DNA of 64,000 nt from Gammaproteobacteria bacterium (GTDB taxonomy: Bacteria > Pseudomonadota > Gammaproteobacteria > Eutrophobiales > Eutrophobiaceae). This document shows positions 43,985-54,149 of this stretch, one piece after another. The DNA lies in assembly GCA_965226155.1 (NCBI GenBank), contig OZ245331.1:207997-271996 (forward strand), given 5' to 3'. Each line of letters starts with the position of its first letter. The first letter of the stretch is position 1. A program made the translations under genes and the position numbers. The notes beneath the pieces are model-generated. The model was given only the letters and a program-made list of their open reading frames with translations, searched no databases and had not been told where the DNA came from.

Positions 43985-44013
43985 ATTATAGTAGTGTTTT
44001 TAGATATTTCTAA
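43985..44013 (-). promoter_or_regulatory. Promoter of the Lys-rich miniprotein gene
   Basis: Perfect TATAAT (43985-43990), weak TTAGAA 17 nt upstream, followed by A/T tracts resembling an UP element. Confidence 0.5.
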
Positions 44014-44170
44014 TTTTTTTTCACTTTTTTTAAGAATTTTATGAAATTTTCATTCTTCAACAGTAGTTGATATAGATGCTCACGCGATGGACTTGTCTTA
44101 ATTAAGCAACTTTGATACAGGTTCAAATTCTATATCAACGGAAGGATCTAGCATTTAATTTTTCTATTCA

Positions 44171-44830
<660 letters not shown>

Positions 44831-44891
44831 TTATTTATATCTCCATGGTAAAAGTTAAAATACAGCCAACAAATTTGTTCATAAAAAACCA

Positions 44892-45278
44892 GTGAAAATA
44901 GAGCTTGATACCCCACTATCGGGGCAAATGTTTATAGACGCATATTCCGCAGATGGAATAGTTGTAAACAAGACCCTTTACCCAGGCAATATCATTGTGA
45001 CAGCGAACAAGGTAATCACTAACTGGCCACCACAGAGCATATCAGAGTTAAATGCAGAGCATTTTGATCCAGTTATATCTCGATCTCCGGAAATCCTGCT
45101 AGTCGGAACAGGACTGCGGCAAAATTTTCCTGATCTCACTATTCTCTCTTCAATCATAACCAATAACATCGGCTTTGAAATTATGGACACAGGTGCAGCA
45201 TGCAGGGCATATAATTTCCTAGTGGGAGAAGGTCGGATAGTTATCGCCGCCTTGATGCGGATCGAAGAAAATGACTAA
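44892..45278 (+). CDS. Mth938-like domain protein (DUF498/598)
   Basis: PEILLVGTG and EIMDTGAACRAYNFLVGEGR. Confidence 0.88.
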   Translation: MKIELDTPLSGQMFIDAYSADGIVVNKTLYPGNIIVTANKVITNWPPQSISELNAEHFDPVISRSPEILLVGTGLRQNFPDLTILSSIITNNIGFEIMDTGAACRAYNFLVGEGRIVIAALMRIEEND

Positions 45279-45279
45279 A

Positions 45280-46302
45280 CTAGTTTTCATTGAACAAGGC
45301 ATCAATTGAAAAGCCTTCCCTTTCCAGTATATTTCGCAGTCTTTTGATTGCTTCCATCTGAATTTGTCTAACTCGCTCACGAGTTACTCCAAGTTCATCC
45401 CCTATATCCTCAAGTGTTGCGATGTCTCGACCGTGTAATCCGTACCGGCGTTCAACTACTGTACGCTGTTTTTCGCTCAACTGGCCCAACCAAATATCGA
45501 GATGGCGTTTAACATCGCTGTTTTGGAGTAATAGTACCGGATCTATATTAGTTTCGTCCGGTAACGTATCCAACAGGGATTTGTCAGGCTCATATACGGA
45601 TGGATTATCAACGGAAGTTATCCGCTCGTTTAGACCAATCATCCTTTTCACTTCCTCTATCGGCCGGTCTAGCATATTGGCTACGTCTTCTGGGCTGGGT
45701 TCTCGATCAAGTTGCTGTGCGAGTTTGCGTGCAGCCCGTAAATAGACATTAATTTCCTTTACGATATGAATAGGTAACCTAACAGTCCTGGTCTGATTCA
45801 TTAGCGCACGCTCTATGGTTTGCCGGATCCACCATGTAGCATAGGTAGAAAATCTAAAACCCTTTTCAGGGTCAAATTTTTCGACAGCACGAATTAATCC
45901 CAGGTTACCTTCTTCGATTAGATCGAGAAGTGCCAACCCTCGATTCATATATCGTCTTGCAATCTTTACTACCAATCGCAAGTTACATTCAATCATCCGT
46001 TTACGAGCGTCTATGTCTCCACGCAAGGACTTTCTAGAGTAATAGACTTCTTCTTCAGCCGTTAGCAACGGTGAAAACCCAATTTCATTCAGGTATATCC
46101 GGGTAGCATCCAGTTCGCCTACGGTTAACGTCTGTGCATCGATTTTCGCAGTCAGATTGATGGCTGGCGCTTCTTCTATGGCAATGCTTTCGAGCTCGCC
46201 AAGGTCTGAAAGCGCCTCAGTACTATCCAGATCATCATCTTTATTTTCGATAGCATCATCACCATCAAGATCATTTTTGGGGACTTTTGGCTTACTGGTC
46301 AT
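45280..46302 (-). CDS. rpoS: RNA polymerase sigma factor RpoS
   Basis: [36 protein letters not shown] and TRERVRQIQ, located after nlpD. Confidence 0.96.
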   Translation of the reverse strand: MTSKPKVPKNDLDGDDAIENKDDDLDSTEALSDLGELESIAIEEAPAINLTAKIDAQTLTVGELDATRIYLNEIGFSPLLTAEEEVYYSRKSLRGDIDARKRMIECNLRLVVKIARRYMNRGLALLDLIEEGNLGLIRAVEKFDPEKGFRFSTYATWWIRQTIERALMNQTRTVRLPIHIVKEINVYLRAARKLAQQLDREPSPEDVANMLDRPIEEVKRMIGLNERITSVDNPSVYEPDKSLLDTLPDETNIDPVLLLQNSDVKRHLDIWLGQLSEKQRTVVERRYGLHGRDIATLEDIGDELGVTRERVRQIQMEAIKRLRNILEREGFSIDALFNEN

Positions 46303-46328
46303 TACAACTTTCTGCAAAAAAAGAATTA

Positions 46329-47129
46329 CTACGTAGATTTTATCGGCAGGAAAAGAAGAGGGTTAGTTGGTTTTCCATTTTTTCGAATTTCGAAATGCAG
46401 CATGGGCTTACTATTTTTTCCGTATCCCATTGTTGCTATTCTCTGCCCGGCAACCACCTTGTCACCTTCTGTAACATGAATGTTCTGATTATGCGCATAT
46501 GCACTTAGAAACGTTTCGTTATGTTTGATAATAATAAGCTTTCCGTAGCCTAAAAGTCCACTGCCACTATAAACGACTTCACCAGTTGCAGCAGCATCGA
46601 TTGATTGGCCAACAATACCGGAAATATCTACACCGTTTTTTGAAGTTGGCGTGTTCGATGTAAGTAACGGGCCATTAGCAGGCCATCTCCATTTGACTAT
46701 CGATTGTGTTGATGTCGGTTTAGTACTTGTTGCCGTTTTATTTTTAACTGGCGATTTTGAAGTAGCAGGGCTAGTTGGACGTGTTACTGTCTGAACCGGG
46801 ACATCAGGACGACTACTGCCAATAGTTGGGATTAGCCGTATTTCTTGACCAGGGTAAATGACATAACGTTCTGAGATGGTATTCCATCGAGCGATATCTC
46901 GGTAATCCAACCCATAGCGCCAGGCGATAGAATACAGTGTGTCACCGCTGATAACCTTGTGGAACCCTTTACTAACCGACTCTGGTTCATAACTTGATAC
47001 AGTTGCGGGGGTATTTATTTGACCTGTTTTCCTACTGTCAACCGGAGCCTCTATCGTCGACGTGCACGACTGTATGAATAATAATGAAATTATAATTCGC
47101 AGACGCCTGGAGGAGAGATGTACCTGCAT
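46329..47129 (-). CDS. nlpD: LysM/M23 lipoprotein NlpD
   Basis: Lipobox IQSC, Lys[10 protein letters not shown], degenerate M23 (SAYAHN, LHFEIR). Confidence 0.92.
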   Translation of the reverse strand: MQVHLSSRRLRIIISLLFIQSCTSTIEAPVDSRKTGQINTPATVSSYEPESVSKGFHKVISGDTLYSIAWRYGLDYRDIARWNTISERYVIYPGQEIRLIPTIGSSRPDVPVQTVTRPTSPATSKSPVKNKTATSTKPTSTQSIVKWRWPANGPLLTSNTPTSKNGVDISGIVGQSIDAAATGEVVYSGSGLLGYGKLIIIKHNETFLSAYAHNQNIHVTEGDKVVAGQRIATMGYGKNSKPMLHFEIRKNGKPTNPLLFLPIKST

Positions 47130-47131
47130 GC

Positions 47132-47791
47132 TTAGCTGGTACCTCCCACCATTGGGACAAAACTAACCTTGTCTAATCGTTCTTCACTATAGCCATCTTC
47201 CGTACTTTTGATCAGTAATAATTCTTGTTCACCACTTTTCCCAACCGGGATGACCAAGCGACCATTTAAGGACAGCTGTTCGAGTAATTGCTTTGGGACA
47301 CCCATGGGAGCGGCTGAAACCAGAATACCGTCAAACGGGGCCTTCTCAGGCCAACCTAGATTACCATCACCAAATTTCGCATTAATATTTCTCGCCTTCA
47401 AGGCATGAAATCGTTCACGTGCCTTGTTTAGCAAGCCATCTATACGTTCAACTGAATAAACTTGGTTAGCGAACTTAGACAAAATAACCGTCTGATAACC
47501 GCATCCAGTACCAATTTCCAGGGCGTTATCCAATTCTCCGTCTTTAACCAGTGCCTCTGTCATACGGGCAACAATATAAGGCTGTGATATCGTCTGATTA
47601 TGACCGATTGGTAATGCCGTGTTGTCATATGCACGACTTGCCAGTGCCTCGTCGACAAAAATATGCCGCGGCGTATTCATGATTGCCTCGAGGATGATGT
47701 CAGATCGAATACCCATAGTCCGCAACTGCTCAACCAAACGATTCCTGGCCCGCTGCGAAGTCATACCGATCCCTTGATGATTACTATTCAT
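47132..47791 (-). CDS. pcm: Protein-L-isoaspartate O-methyltransferase
   Basis: GIGMTSQRAR, QTISQPY and LEIGTGCGYQT within the surE-pcm-nlpD-rpoS cluster. Confidence 0.95.
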   Translation of the reverse strand: MNSNHQGIGMTSQRARNRLVEQLRTMGIRSDIILEAIMNTPRHIFVDEALASRAYDNTALPIGHNQTISQPYIVARMTEALVKDGELDNALEIGTGCGYQTVILSKFANQVYSVERIDGLLNKARERFHALKARNINAKFGDGNLGWPEKAPFDGILVSAAPMGVPKQLLEQLSLNGRLVIPVGKSGEQELLLIKSTEDGYSEERLDKVSFVPMVGGTS

Positions 47792-47795
47792 TGAA

Positions 47796-48542
47796 TTACA
47801 GGTCAGTAGCCCATGATGCAACATCACCCAATACATCATAGCGAGTTAAATCAAATTGTAACGGTGTCACTGAAATTTTATTGTTTTTGATCGCGTTGAA
47901 ATCCGTTCCTATCCCGGCATCATTTTCAGGACCCGCTGGACCTATCATAAATATCTCATTGTCACCTTTAACATCCCTCCTGATTGAGGGTTCAGAAATA
48001 TGCCTTTTCCCGAGTCGGGTAACCTCCCAAGCAGTTATTTTACTGAATTCCACATCTGGAATATTAATATTCAACAGTAAATCAGGCGGAAGCGGCTGCA
48101 AAATCATTTTTTCAATCAAACGGGAAGTCATCTTTGCAACTACATTATAGTGTGTGGGATTTTCGCCAGCAAGAGAAACGGCTACAGCCGGTCTTCCCAG
48201 ATATCTACCTTCCATTGCAGTAGCAACAGTACCGGAATATAAAACATCATCGCCGAGATTCGGTCCGGAATTAATTCCGCTTATTACCATGTCAGGGGCT
48301 TCATCAAGCAGACCCGTTATTGCCAAGTGTACACAGTCCGTTGGCGTCCCATTGATGTACTTGAATCCATTATCAGCAACCCTAACAATTAATGGTGTAT
48401 CCAGTGTCAGAGAATTACTGGCCCCGCTCCGGTTTCGATCAGGCGCAATCACAGTGATATCCCCTAAGGGCGAAATGAACGCAGCTAATTTCAGCAATCC
48501 AGTTGTCTGGTATCCATCGTCATTGCTTAATAAAAAATGCAC
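47796..48542 (-). CDS. surE: 5'/3'-nucleotidase SurE
   Basis: LLSNDDG, SGASNSLT, GTPTDCV, SGINSGPN and YSGTV. Confidence 0.96.
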   Translation of the reverse strand: MHFLLSNDDGYQTTGLLKLAAFISPLGDITVIAPDRNRSGASNSLTLDTPLIVRVADNGFKYINGTPTDCVHLAITGLLDEAPDMVISGINSGPNLGDDVLYSGTVATAMEGRYLGRPAVAVSLAGENPTHYNVVAKMTSRLIEKMILQPLPPDLLLNINIPDVEFSKITAWEVTRLGKRHISEPSIRRDVKGDNEIFMIGPAGPENDAGIGTDFNAIKNNKISVTPLQFDLTRYDVLGDVASWATDL

Positions 48543-48647
48543 TATTTGTTGATCGTAATTAGTTACTTGAATATCGATGGCAATCGATATGGTGAAAAGT
48601 GAAAATAATGCTATCCGAGCAAAGAATAACCTGCTTAAACGACTTAG

Positions 48648-49550
48648 TTACTTCATCAATATTTCCAACAATGCTTTTTGTGAATACAATCTATTTCCGG
48701 CCTCTTCCCATACCACACTCTGCGGTCCGTCGATAACTTCAGCCGTGACTTCTTCACCCCGATGGGCTGGTAAACAATGCATGAATAAAGCGTCAGATGT
48801 AGCCAGTGCCATTATCCTCGAATTGACTTGGCAAGAACTGAATATCTTCGCCCTTTCCTCACTCTCCTGCTCCTGACCCATGCTCGCCCAAACGTCTGTC
48901 ACGACTAGATCAGCATCCTTTGCTGCTTCATCAGAGCTTTTAGAAATTTCCACATCTCCACTTATCTCTTTCAGCACAGAGGAATCAGGAGAATGACTAG
49001 CAGGACAGGATATTGCTAATTTGAATCCGAAGATTGCTGCCGCATTTATATACGAATGGCACATATTGTTTCCGTCACCCAACCAAGCTACCTTTTTGCC
49101 AGCGATATCACCACGGAGCTCAAAAAAAGTCTGCATGTCAGCCAAGACTTGGCAAGGGTGAAACGAATCTGACAGTCCATTAATAATTGGTATCTCAGAA
49201 TGTTGGGCAAAGCGCACCAGTTTCTCGTGCTCATAGGTACGAATCATCACACAATCGACCATCTTAGATAGAACCTTTGCCGTATCTTCAAGTGGCTCGC
49301 CTCTACCCAACTGGGTATCGTCTGGCGACAAGAAGATTGCATGTCCTCCTAGTTGCAAAATGGCAGTCTCGAAGGATACTCTTGTTCGTGTCGAAGATTT
49401 TTCAAATATCATGGCCAATACGCGGCCAGGCTTGGTCTTATCAATCACTCCTTTGCCGATATTCTTTTTCATTTCGGTAGCACGGGTGATCAACTTGCCC
49501 AAGTCTTCGCGTGACAAATCAGACAGTGTTAGGAAATGTTTCGTTGCCAT
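48648..49550 (-). CDS. argF: Ornithine carbamoyltransferase
   Basis: SSTRTR, HPCQ, SMGQE and HCLP. Confidence 0.96.
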   Translation of the reverse strand: MATKHFLTLSDLSREDLGKLITRATEMKKNIGKGVIDKTKPGRVLAMIFEKSSTRTRVSFETAILQLGGHAIFLSPDDTQLGRGEPLEDTAKVLSKMVDCVMIRTYEHEKLVRFAQHSEIPIINGLSDSFHPCQVLADMQTFFELRGDIAGKKVAWLGDGNNMCHSYINAAAIFGFKLAISCPASHSPDSSVLKEISGDVEISKSSDEAAKDADLVVTDVWASMGQEQESEERAKIFSSCQVNSRIMALATSDALFMHCLPAHRGEEVTAEVIDGPQSVVWEEAGNRLYSQKALLEILMK

Positions 49551-49555
49551 AACCG

Positions 49556-50731
49556 TTATCCCGATACAAATTCAGTCACGACGTCTGTCACCGTCGTAAT
49601 AATTTGATTGGCTTCATCATCAGAGATGATAAGCGGTGGTAATAAACGAATCACATTCCCTGCAGTAACATTTATCAGTAAGTTTCGTTTCTGCGCCTTA
49701 GAGACAATTTCTAGACAGTCTGTGTCCATTTCTATTGCTATCATCAATCCGAGTCCCCTTGCCTCTCTGACACCATCTTTGCCCTTGAGTGTATGCTGCA
49801 ACTGCTCCAACATCATATTTCCAAGATCCGCAACCCGCTGGTCCATTTTGTGTCGTCTCATATAATTTATTACTGCAAGAGCAGCACTGGCACATAGTGG
49901 ATTCCCGCCAAAAGTGCTTGCATGACTACCCGGCGTCATTGGTGCTGCAGCTTTTTCATTCGCCAGACAAGCACCGATTGGAACGCCATTACCGAGTGAT
50001 TTAGCCAAAGTCATTATGTCCGGGAGAACTTGCTCGTGTTGGTAGGCGAACCACTTACCTGTCCTACACATTCCAGTTTGTACTTCATCCAATACCAGTA
50101 ACAAGTCCTGATCTTTACAAAACAGTGAGACTTTTTTCAGATAGCCATTATCGGGAACAACAACACCGTTTTCACCTTGTACCGGTTCCAACATCACTGC
50201 AACAATTCCAGGACAAGTTTTGTACACTTGTTCAAGTGCGGGTATATCGTTGTACGGGACATGAATGAATCCTTCAATAAGCGGATCGAACCCAACTTTA
50301 ATTTTACTATTACCCGTAGCCGTCAAAGTTGCCAGTGTCCTGCCATGAAAGCTCCCATCCATCACTACAATAACAGGTGATGGATTGCCTTTTTCATGGC
50401 CGTATTTTCTGCAAATCTTAATCGCGGCTTCATTTGCCTCAGCACCAGAGTTACAAAAGAACACCTTATCAAGACCACTGAGCAAACATAGCTCGTCAGC
50501 CAATTGCTGTTGAAGTGGAATCTCATAAATATTCGAGGTATGCACAAGCTTACTCGCCTGCTCTGACAAGGCTTTTTGTACCTCTGGATGCGCATGACCC
50601 AGTCCGCATACGGCAATACCGGCAAGAGCATCCAGATATCTGTTACCCATGGTATCAATTAACCATGCGCCAGAACCGGATTCAAATGCCAGTGGTATTC
50701 GTTTATATGTTTCCATTACAGGATTACTCAT
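49556..50731 (-). CDS. argD: Acetylornithine aminotransferase
   Basis: FCNSGAEANE, FHGRT, DEVQTG, PLP-binding Lys in LAKSLG and STFGGNP, located next to argF. Confidence 0.93.
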   Translation of the reverse strand: MSNPVMETYKRIPLAFESGSGAWLIDTMGNRYLDALAGIAVCGLGHAHPEVQKALSEQASKLVHTSNIYEIPLQQQLADELCLLSGLDKVFFCNSGAEANEAAIKICRKYGHEKGNPSPVIVVMDGSFHGRTLATLTATGNSKIKVGFDPLIEGFIHVPYNDIPALEQVYKTCPGIVAVMLEPVQGENGVVVPDNGYLKKVSLFCKDQDLLLVLDEVQTGMCRTGKWFAYQHEQVLPDIMTLAKSLGNGVPIGACLANEKAAAPMTPGSHASTFGGNPLCASAALAVINYMRRHKMDQRVADLGNMMLEQLQHTLKGKDGVREARGLGLMIAIEMDTDCLEIVSKAQKRNLLINVTAGNVIRLLPPLIISDDEANQIITTVTDVVTEFVSG

Positions 50732-50769
50732 ATGCATCTATTTTTTATGTCAAGTATTTATTTTAAGTA

Positions 50770-50798
50770 CAAAAACGAAGCCCGGCGGAGCCGGGCTT
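50770..50798 (-). terminator. Intrinsic terminator after the PuuD-like gene
   Basis: AAGCCCGGC-GGA-GCCGGGCTT with an A-run on the + strand. Confidence 0.75.
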
Positions 50799-50827
50799 AT
50801 CTGATAATGTTTTCTACCTTTTTATTG

Positions 50828-51412
50828 TTACATTGGGAGCCCGTGCATCTGTCCTACCATACACATAATCATAGGGATGGATAAAAAAGTGTTAGTACGT
50901 GACGCCATTAATGCTACCACTTTTGCTTTGCCCTTTTCTTCATCGGTCGCGGAAACAATACCGAGTATCTTTTTTTGGTTAGGCCAAATCAAAACCCAGA
51001 CATTAAAGAGCATAATCGTACCTAACCATGCCCCAATCCCAATTACTTGCGTACCCGATTTTAACAAAAAGGCATTCATGAAACCCCAGCCTGCAATTTC
51101 CAGAGCTGCTGCCCCTGTCAACCAAGTTAGCAATGCGCTCCAGCGAAACCACAGCAATGCCAAAGGGGCGACATATTTACTGATGGCTACTGGCCCAGGA
51201 CCACCCGTGTCAGCAACAGCGGTCGCCACCGCTGGAACTTGTACGAAATTAAAATAGTACAATAATCCTATCCATATAATCCCGAAATAGACATGCAACC
51301 AGACAACAAGGGACCACATGGCGTTACCAGGAGCATCAATAAGAAGAGCAATTATTACCGCGGTTACAAAACCAAGGACAATGGTGCCGGAAATCGATTT
51401 CAATGGATTCAT
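50828..51412 (-). CDS. Membrane protein of the urate hydroxylase PuuD N-terminal (Urate_ox_N) family
   Basis: WLHVYFGIIWIGLLYYFNFVQ, WFRW, GTIMLFNVWVLIWPNQKK and SRTNTFLSIPM. No CxxCH cytochrome domain. Confidence 0.75.
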   Translation of the reverse strand: MNPLKSISGTIVLGFVTAVIIALLIDAPGNAMWSLVVWLHVYFGIIWIGLLYYFNFVQVPAVATAVADTGGPGPVAISKYVAPLALLWFRWSALLTWLTGAAALEIAGWGFMNAFLLKSGTQVIGIGAWLGTIMLFNVWVLIWPNQKKILGIVSATDEEKGKAKVVALMASRTNTFLSIPMIMCMVGQMHGLPM

Positions 51413-51608
51413 AAGAAAATCTCCTGGAAACAGTTCAATGTGTTTTATTCAAGTACAAGTACAATAACAAGAATGAGGAATTATACTAATGAAATTAAAA
51501 GCTTTCACCTGTTACGCACTATCAGACTTTATCAGCATATCAAAACAGAGTATACTCTAATACTTGAGCAGTTTACTCAGTTATTTATCAAATAATAGAG
51601 GATAGACA

Positions 51609-51932
51609 GTGGACATAATTGAAGATATTAAAAAATCGATTAACGAAAATCCGATAGTCCTGTTCATGAAGGGTACGCCAGATGCCCCTCAATGTGGATT
51701 TTCTATGCACACCGTAGAGGCGTTGAAGGCATGCAATGCAGAGTTTATCCATGTTGACATCCTTTCTAATCCCGAAATTAGACAAAATCTGCCCAGTGTT
51801 TCGAACTGGCCGACTTTCCCCCAAGTATTCATCAATGGAGAACTGGTTGGAGGATGTGACATCGTGCTGGAGCTATACCAAAAAGGTGAATTACAAAATA
51901 TGATAACGGCTACAACCAATAGCGAACAATAA
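51609..51932 (+). CDS. grxD: Monothiol glutaredoxin Grx4
   Basis: FMKGTP...CGFS, WPTFPQ and GGCD. Confidence 0.96.
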   Translation: MDIIEDIKKSINENPIVLFMKGTPDAPQCGFSMHTVEALKACNAEFIHVDILSNPEIRQNLPSVSNWPTFPQVFINGELVGGCDIVLELYQKGELQNMITATTNSEQ

Positions 51933-51965
51933 CCAACTGCAAATCGGGGCCCTGTTCTTAGCCAC

Positions 51966-52675
51966 CTATTTGTTTTCTCCCAGCTTTAGCCAAACACAAT
52001 TCCCATTTGATTCTTCATTTATGGACTCTAGCCGATGCTCATGGTCATCAAGTTCTTCTTCCGTAGGAAGAATCATTGCAAGGGGCGATCTATTTGCTTT
52101 ATTTTGTGTTGATTTTCCGCTCCAGCATCATCCTCGCCAGTCAAAAATAAGGCTACTTGCCCGCCAGTTAATGCAAGATATACATCAAGTAGGATTTGGG
52201 CATCGAGCAGAGCGCCATGTAATTCCCGCTGAGAATTATCTATTTGGTATCGTCCACATAATGCATCTAAACTATTTTTCTGACCTGGATGCATCTTCCT
52301 TGCCATCTGTAGTGTATCGGTGATTTTGCAATAATCTTCCATGACTCCCCACTTCTTTCCAAGACGCTTTAACTCAGTATTGATAAATGCCACATCGAAC
52401 GGGGCATTGTGAATTATCACTTCACTATCGCGGATGTAATCTATCAACTCCGTAGCAATATCCTTAAATAGGGGTTTATCAGACAAAAACTCATTACTGA
52501 TTCCGTGTATTTCATAAGCCCCATCTTCAATTTCTCGTTCAGGATTTAAATATTGATGAAAATCTCCGTCGGTTTTACGTCGGTTCTTAATTTCTACACA
52601 ACCGATTTCTATAATCCTGTGACCCTGTGATGGCTCCAGGCCGGTAGTTTCTGTATCAAGAATAATTTGTTTCAT
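51966..52675 (-). pseudogene. dnaQ: DNA polymerase III epsilon subunit, with a frameshift (52076-52127) cutting off the C-terminal domain
   Basis: LDTETTG, HNAPFD and HGALLDA. The C-terminal segment PTEEELDDHEHRLESINEESNGNCVW lies in another frame ending at 51966. Confidence 0.88.
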
Positions 52676-52679
52676 ACTT

Positions 52680-53117
52680 TTAGATTAATTGGTCAATTGC
52701 TTTGTTCGCTAATGCATCTACCCTATCATTTTCAACATGACCACTATGCCCCTTAACCCAACACCACTCTATACGGTGTTTAGTACATACACTGTCTAAT
52801 CTCCTCCACAGATCATCGTTCTTGACTGGCTTTTTCTTGGATGTTTTCCAGTTATTATTCTTCCAATTTTTTAGCCATTTGGTTATGCCGTCTTTCACAT
52901 AGGTAGAATCCGTTGTTAAGCGTATATCACAATCACGGTTTAGTGACTCGAGTGCTTCGATTGCCGCTGTCAGTTCCATCCTATTATTAGTTGTGTCGTG
53001 CTCTGCGCCATATAGTTCCTTTTCAGTACTGTTATAGCATAACAAAGCCCCCCAACCCCCAGGGCCCGGATTGCCACGGCAGGCACCATCGGTAAATATT
53101 TCAACTAACTCACTCAT
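52680..53117 (-). CDS. rnhA: Ribonuclease HI
   Basis: [21 protein letters not shown] and WVKGHSGH. Confidence 0.97.
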   Translation of the reverse strand: MSELVEIFTDGACRGNPGPGGWGALLCYNSTEKELYGAEHDTTNNRMELTAAIEALESLNRDCDIRLTTDSTYVKDGITKWLKNWKNNNWKTSKKKPVKNDDLWRRLDSVCTKHRIEWCWVKGHSGHVENDRVDALANKAIDQLI

Positions 53118-53893
53118 TGTGATTGATTGAAAGTCCGTGTGGTTGGTTCAACGATGCCCGAGCTAATCATTTTTCGGCGTTTATACCAGGTCGCAGATAT
53201 TGGCGTTAATGGTATGACACGTTTCTTGGCAACAATGATATGGATACCACCAAAATATGACCAACCGTAATTTCCCAATTTTTCAAGAAAGTTCAGTTTG
53301 CTCATAATATTCATGTTCATAAGTGGTGGTTTATGGAAGAACCGCTCGATACGAATAATTTCAAAGTCCAGTAATGAAAACCAGTCTTTAATTCGATTGA
53401 AGCTAAAAAACAATCCATTCCACGGCGGATCGTCACGCCATGCCAAGAAAAGCCGCCACAACCCGCAAAAACTTAAAGGATTGAATCCAATTATGACCAG
53501 ATGCCCTTCCCCGATAAGAATTCGTTCTATTTCCCTGAGCATTTTATGAGGATTAGAACAAAACTCGAGCACATGAGGCAAAACCACAACATCCATTGAG
53601 TCAGAAGCGATAGGTAGGAATTCAGCAGAGCATTGGAGACCGGCTCTGCCTGAGGGAAGCTCATCTTCAAGCGACATCAGTATCTGATGTGAGATGCGAC
53701 TGCTGCCAAGGAAGTCGTCTGTACAGATTGACCCTATCTGCATAACATGAAACCCAAATAGATTGGGCAGAATTGTGCTTATAATAGACCGCTCCCTATC
53801 TAATAGGGAAACACCTAGCGGTTGTTCAAACCAGCGTTTTACTCTCTCTCGTTTGAGATTTTCAGTTGATTTTAGGTATGAATTTTCTGACAT
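53114..53893 (-). CDS. SAM-dependent methyltransferase, YafS-like
   Basis: [19 protein letters not shown] and GFNPLS, at the conserved position upstream of rnhA. Confidence 0.85.
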   Translation of the reverse strand: MSENSYLKSTENLKRERVKRWFEQPLGVSLLDRERSIISTILPNLFGFHVMQIGSICTDDFLGSSRISHQILMSLEDELPSGRAGLQCSAEFLPIASDSMDVVVLPHVLEFCSNPHKMLREIERILIGEGHLVIIGFNPLSFCGLWRLFLAWRDDPPWNGLFFSFNRIKDWFSLLDFEIIRIERFFHKPPLMNMNIMSKLNFLEKLGNYGWSYFGGIHIIVAKKRVIPLTPISATWYKRRKMISSGIVEPTTRTFNQSQ

Positions 53894-53948
53894 GCTGGCT
53901 AGAAAATAGGCTATTAACTACTTTTGCCCCATATATGAGCATAATCTC

Positions 53949-54055
53949 AAGCTCTATGTAAAACCAGTCCTCGCTTTCAAAGACAACTCAATCTAGTTAA
54001 TAATCAATCTTGCGCCAAGGTATGGATGGTAATCTGGGTGATGTGCTGCCATACC
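53949..54055 (+). pseudogene. gloB: Remnant of gloB (hydroxyacylglutathione hydrolase) N-terminus
   Basis: Reads KPVLAFKDNSI*LII, matching GloB PAFxDNYIW with TGG>TAG. In another frame NLGDVLP resembles VDPGDAxP. It sits where gloB lies between yafS and mltD; the rest of the gene is missing. Confidence 0.65.
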
Positions 54056-54114
54056 TGTCGACGAAACCATCAGAGATATGAACCACAACAATCGTCAACA
54101 GTTTTAATAAAAAC

Positions 54115-54143
54115 TTGACCATAATCTTTCGGATGCCTAGCAT
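54115..54143 (+). promoter_or_regulatory. Sigma70-type promoter of mltD (predicts a leaderless mRNA)
   Basis: TTGACC-17 nt-TAGCAT, ending 6 nt before the ATG at 54150. No SD. Confidence 0.5.
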
Positions 54144-54149
54144 TGCCCG

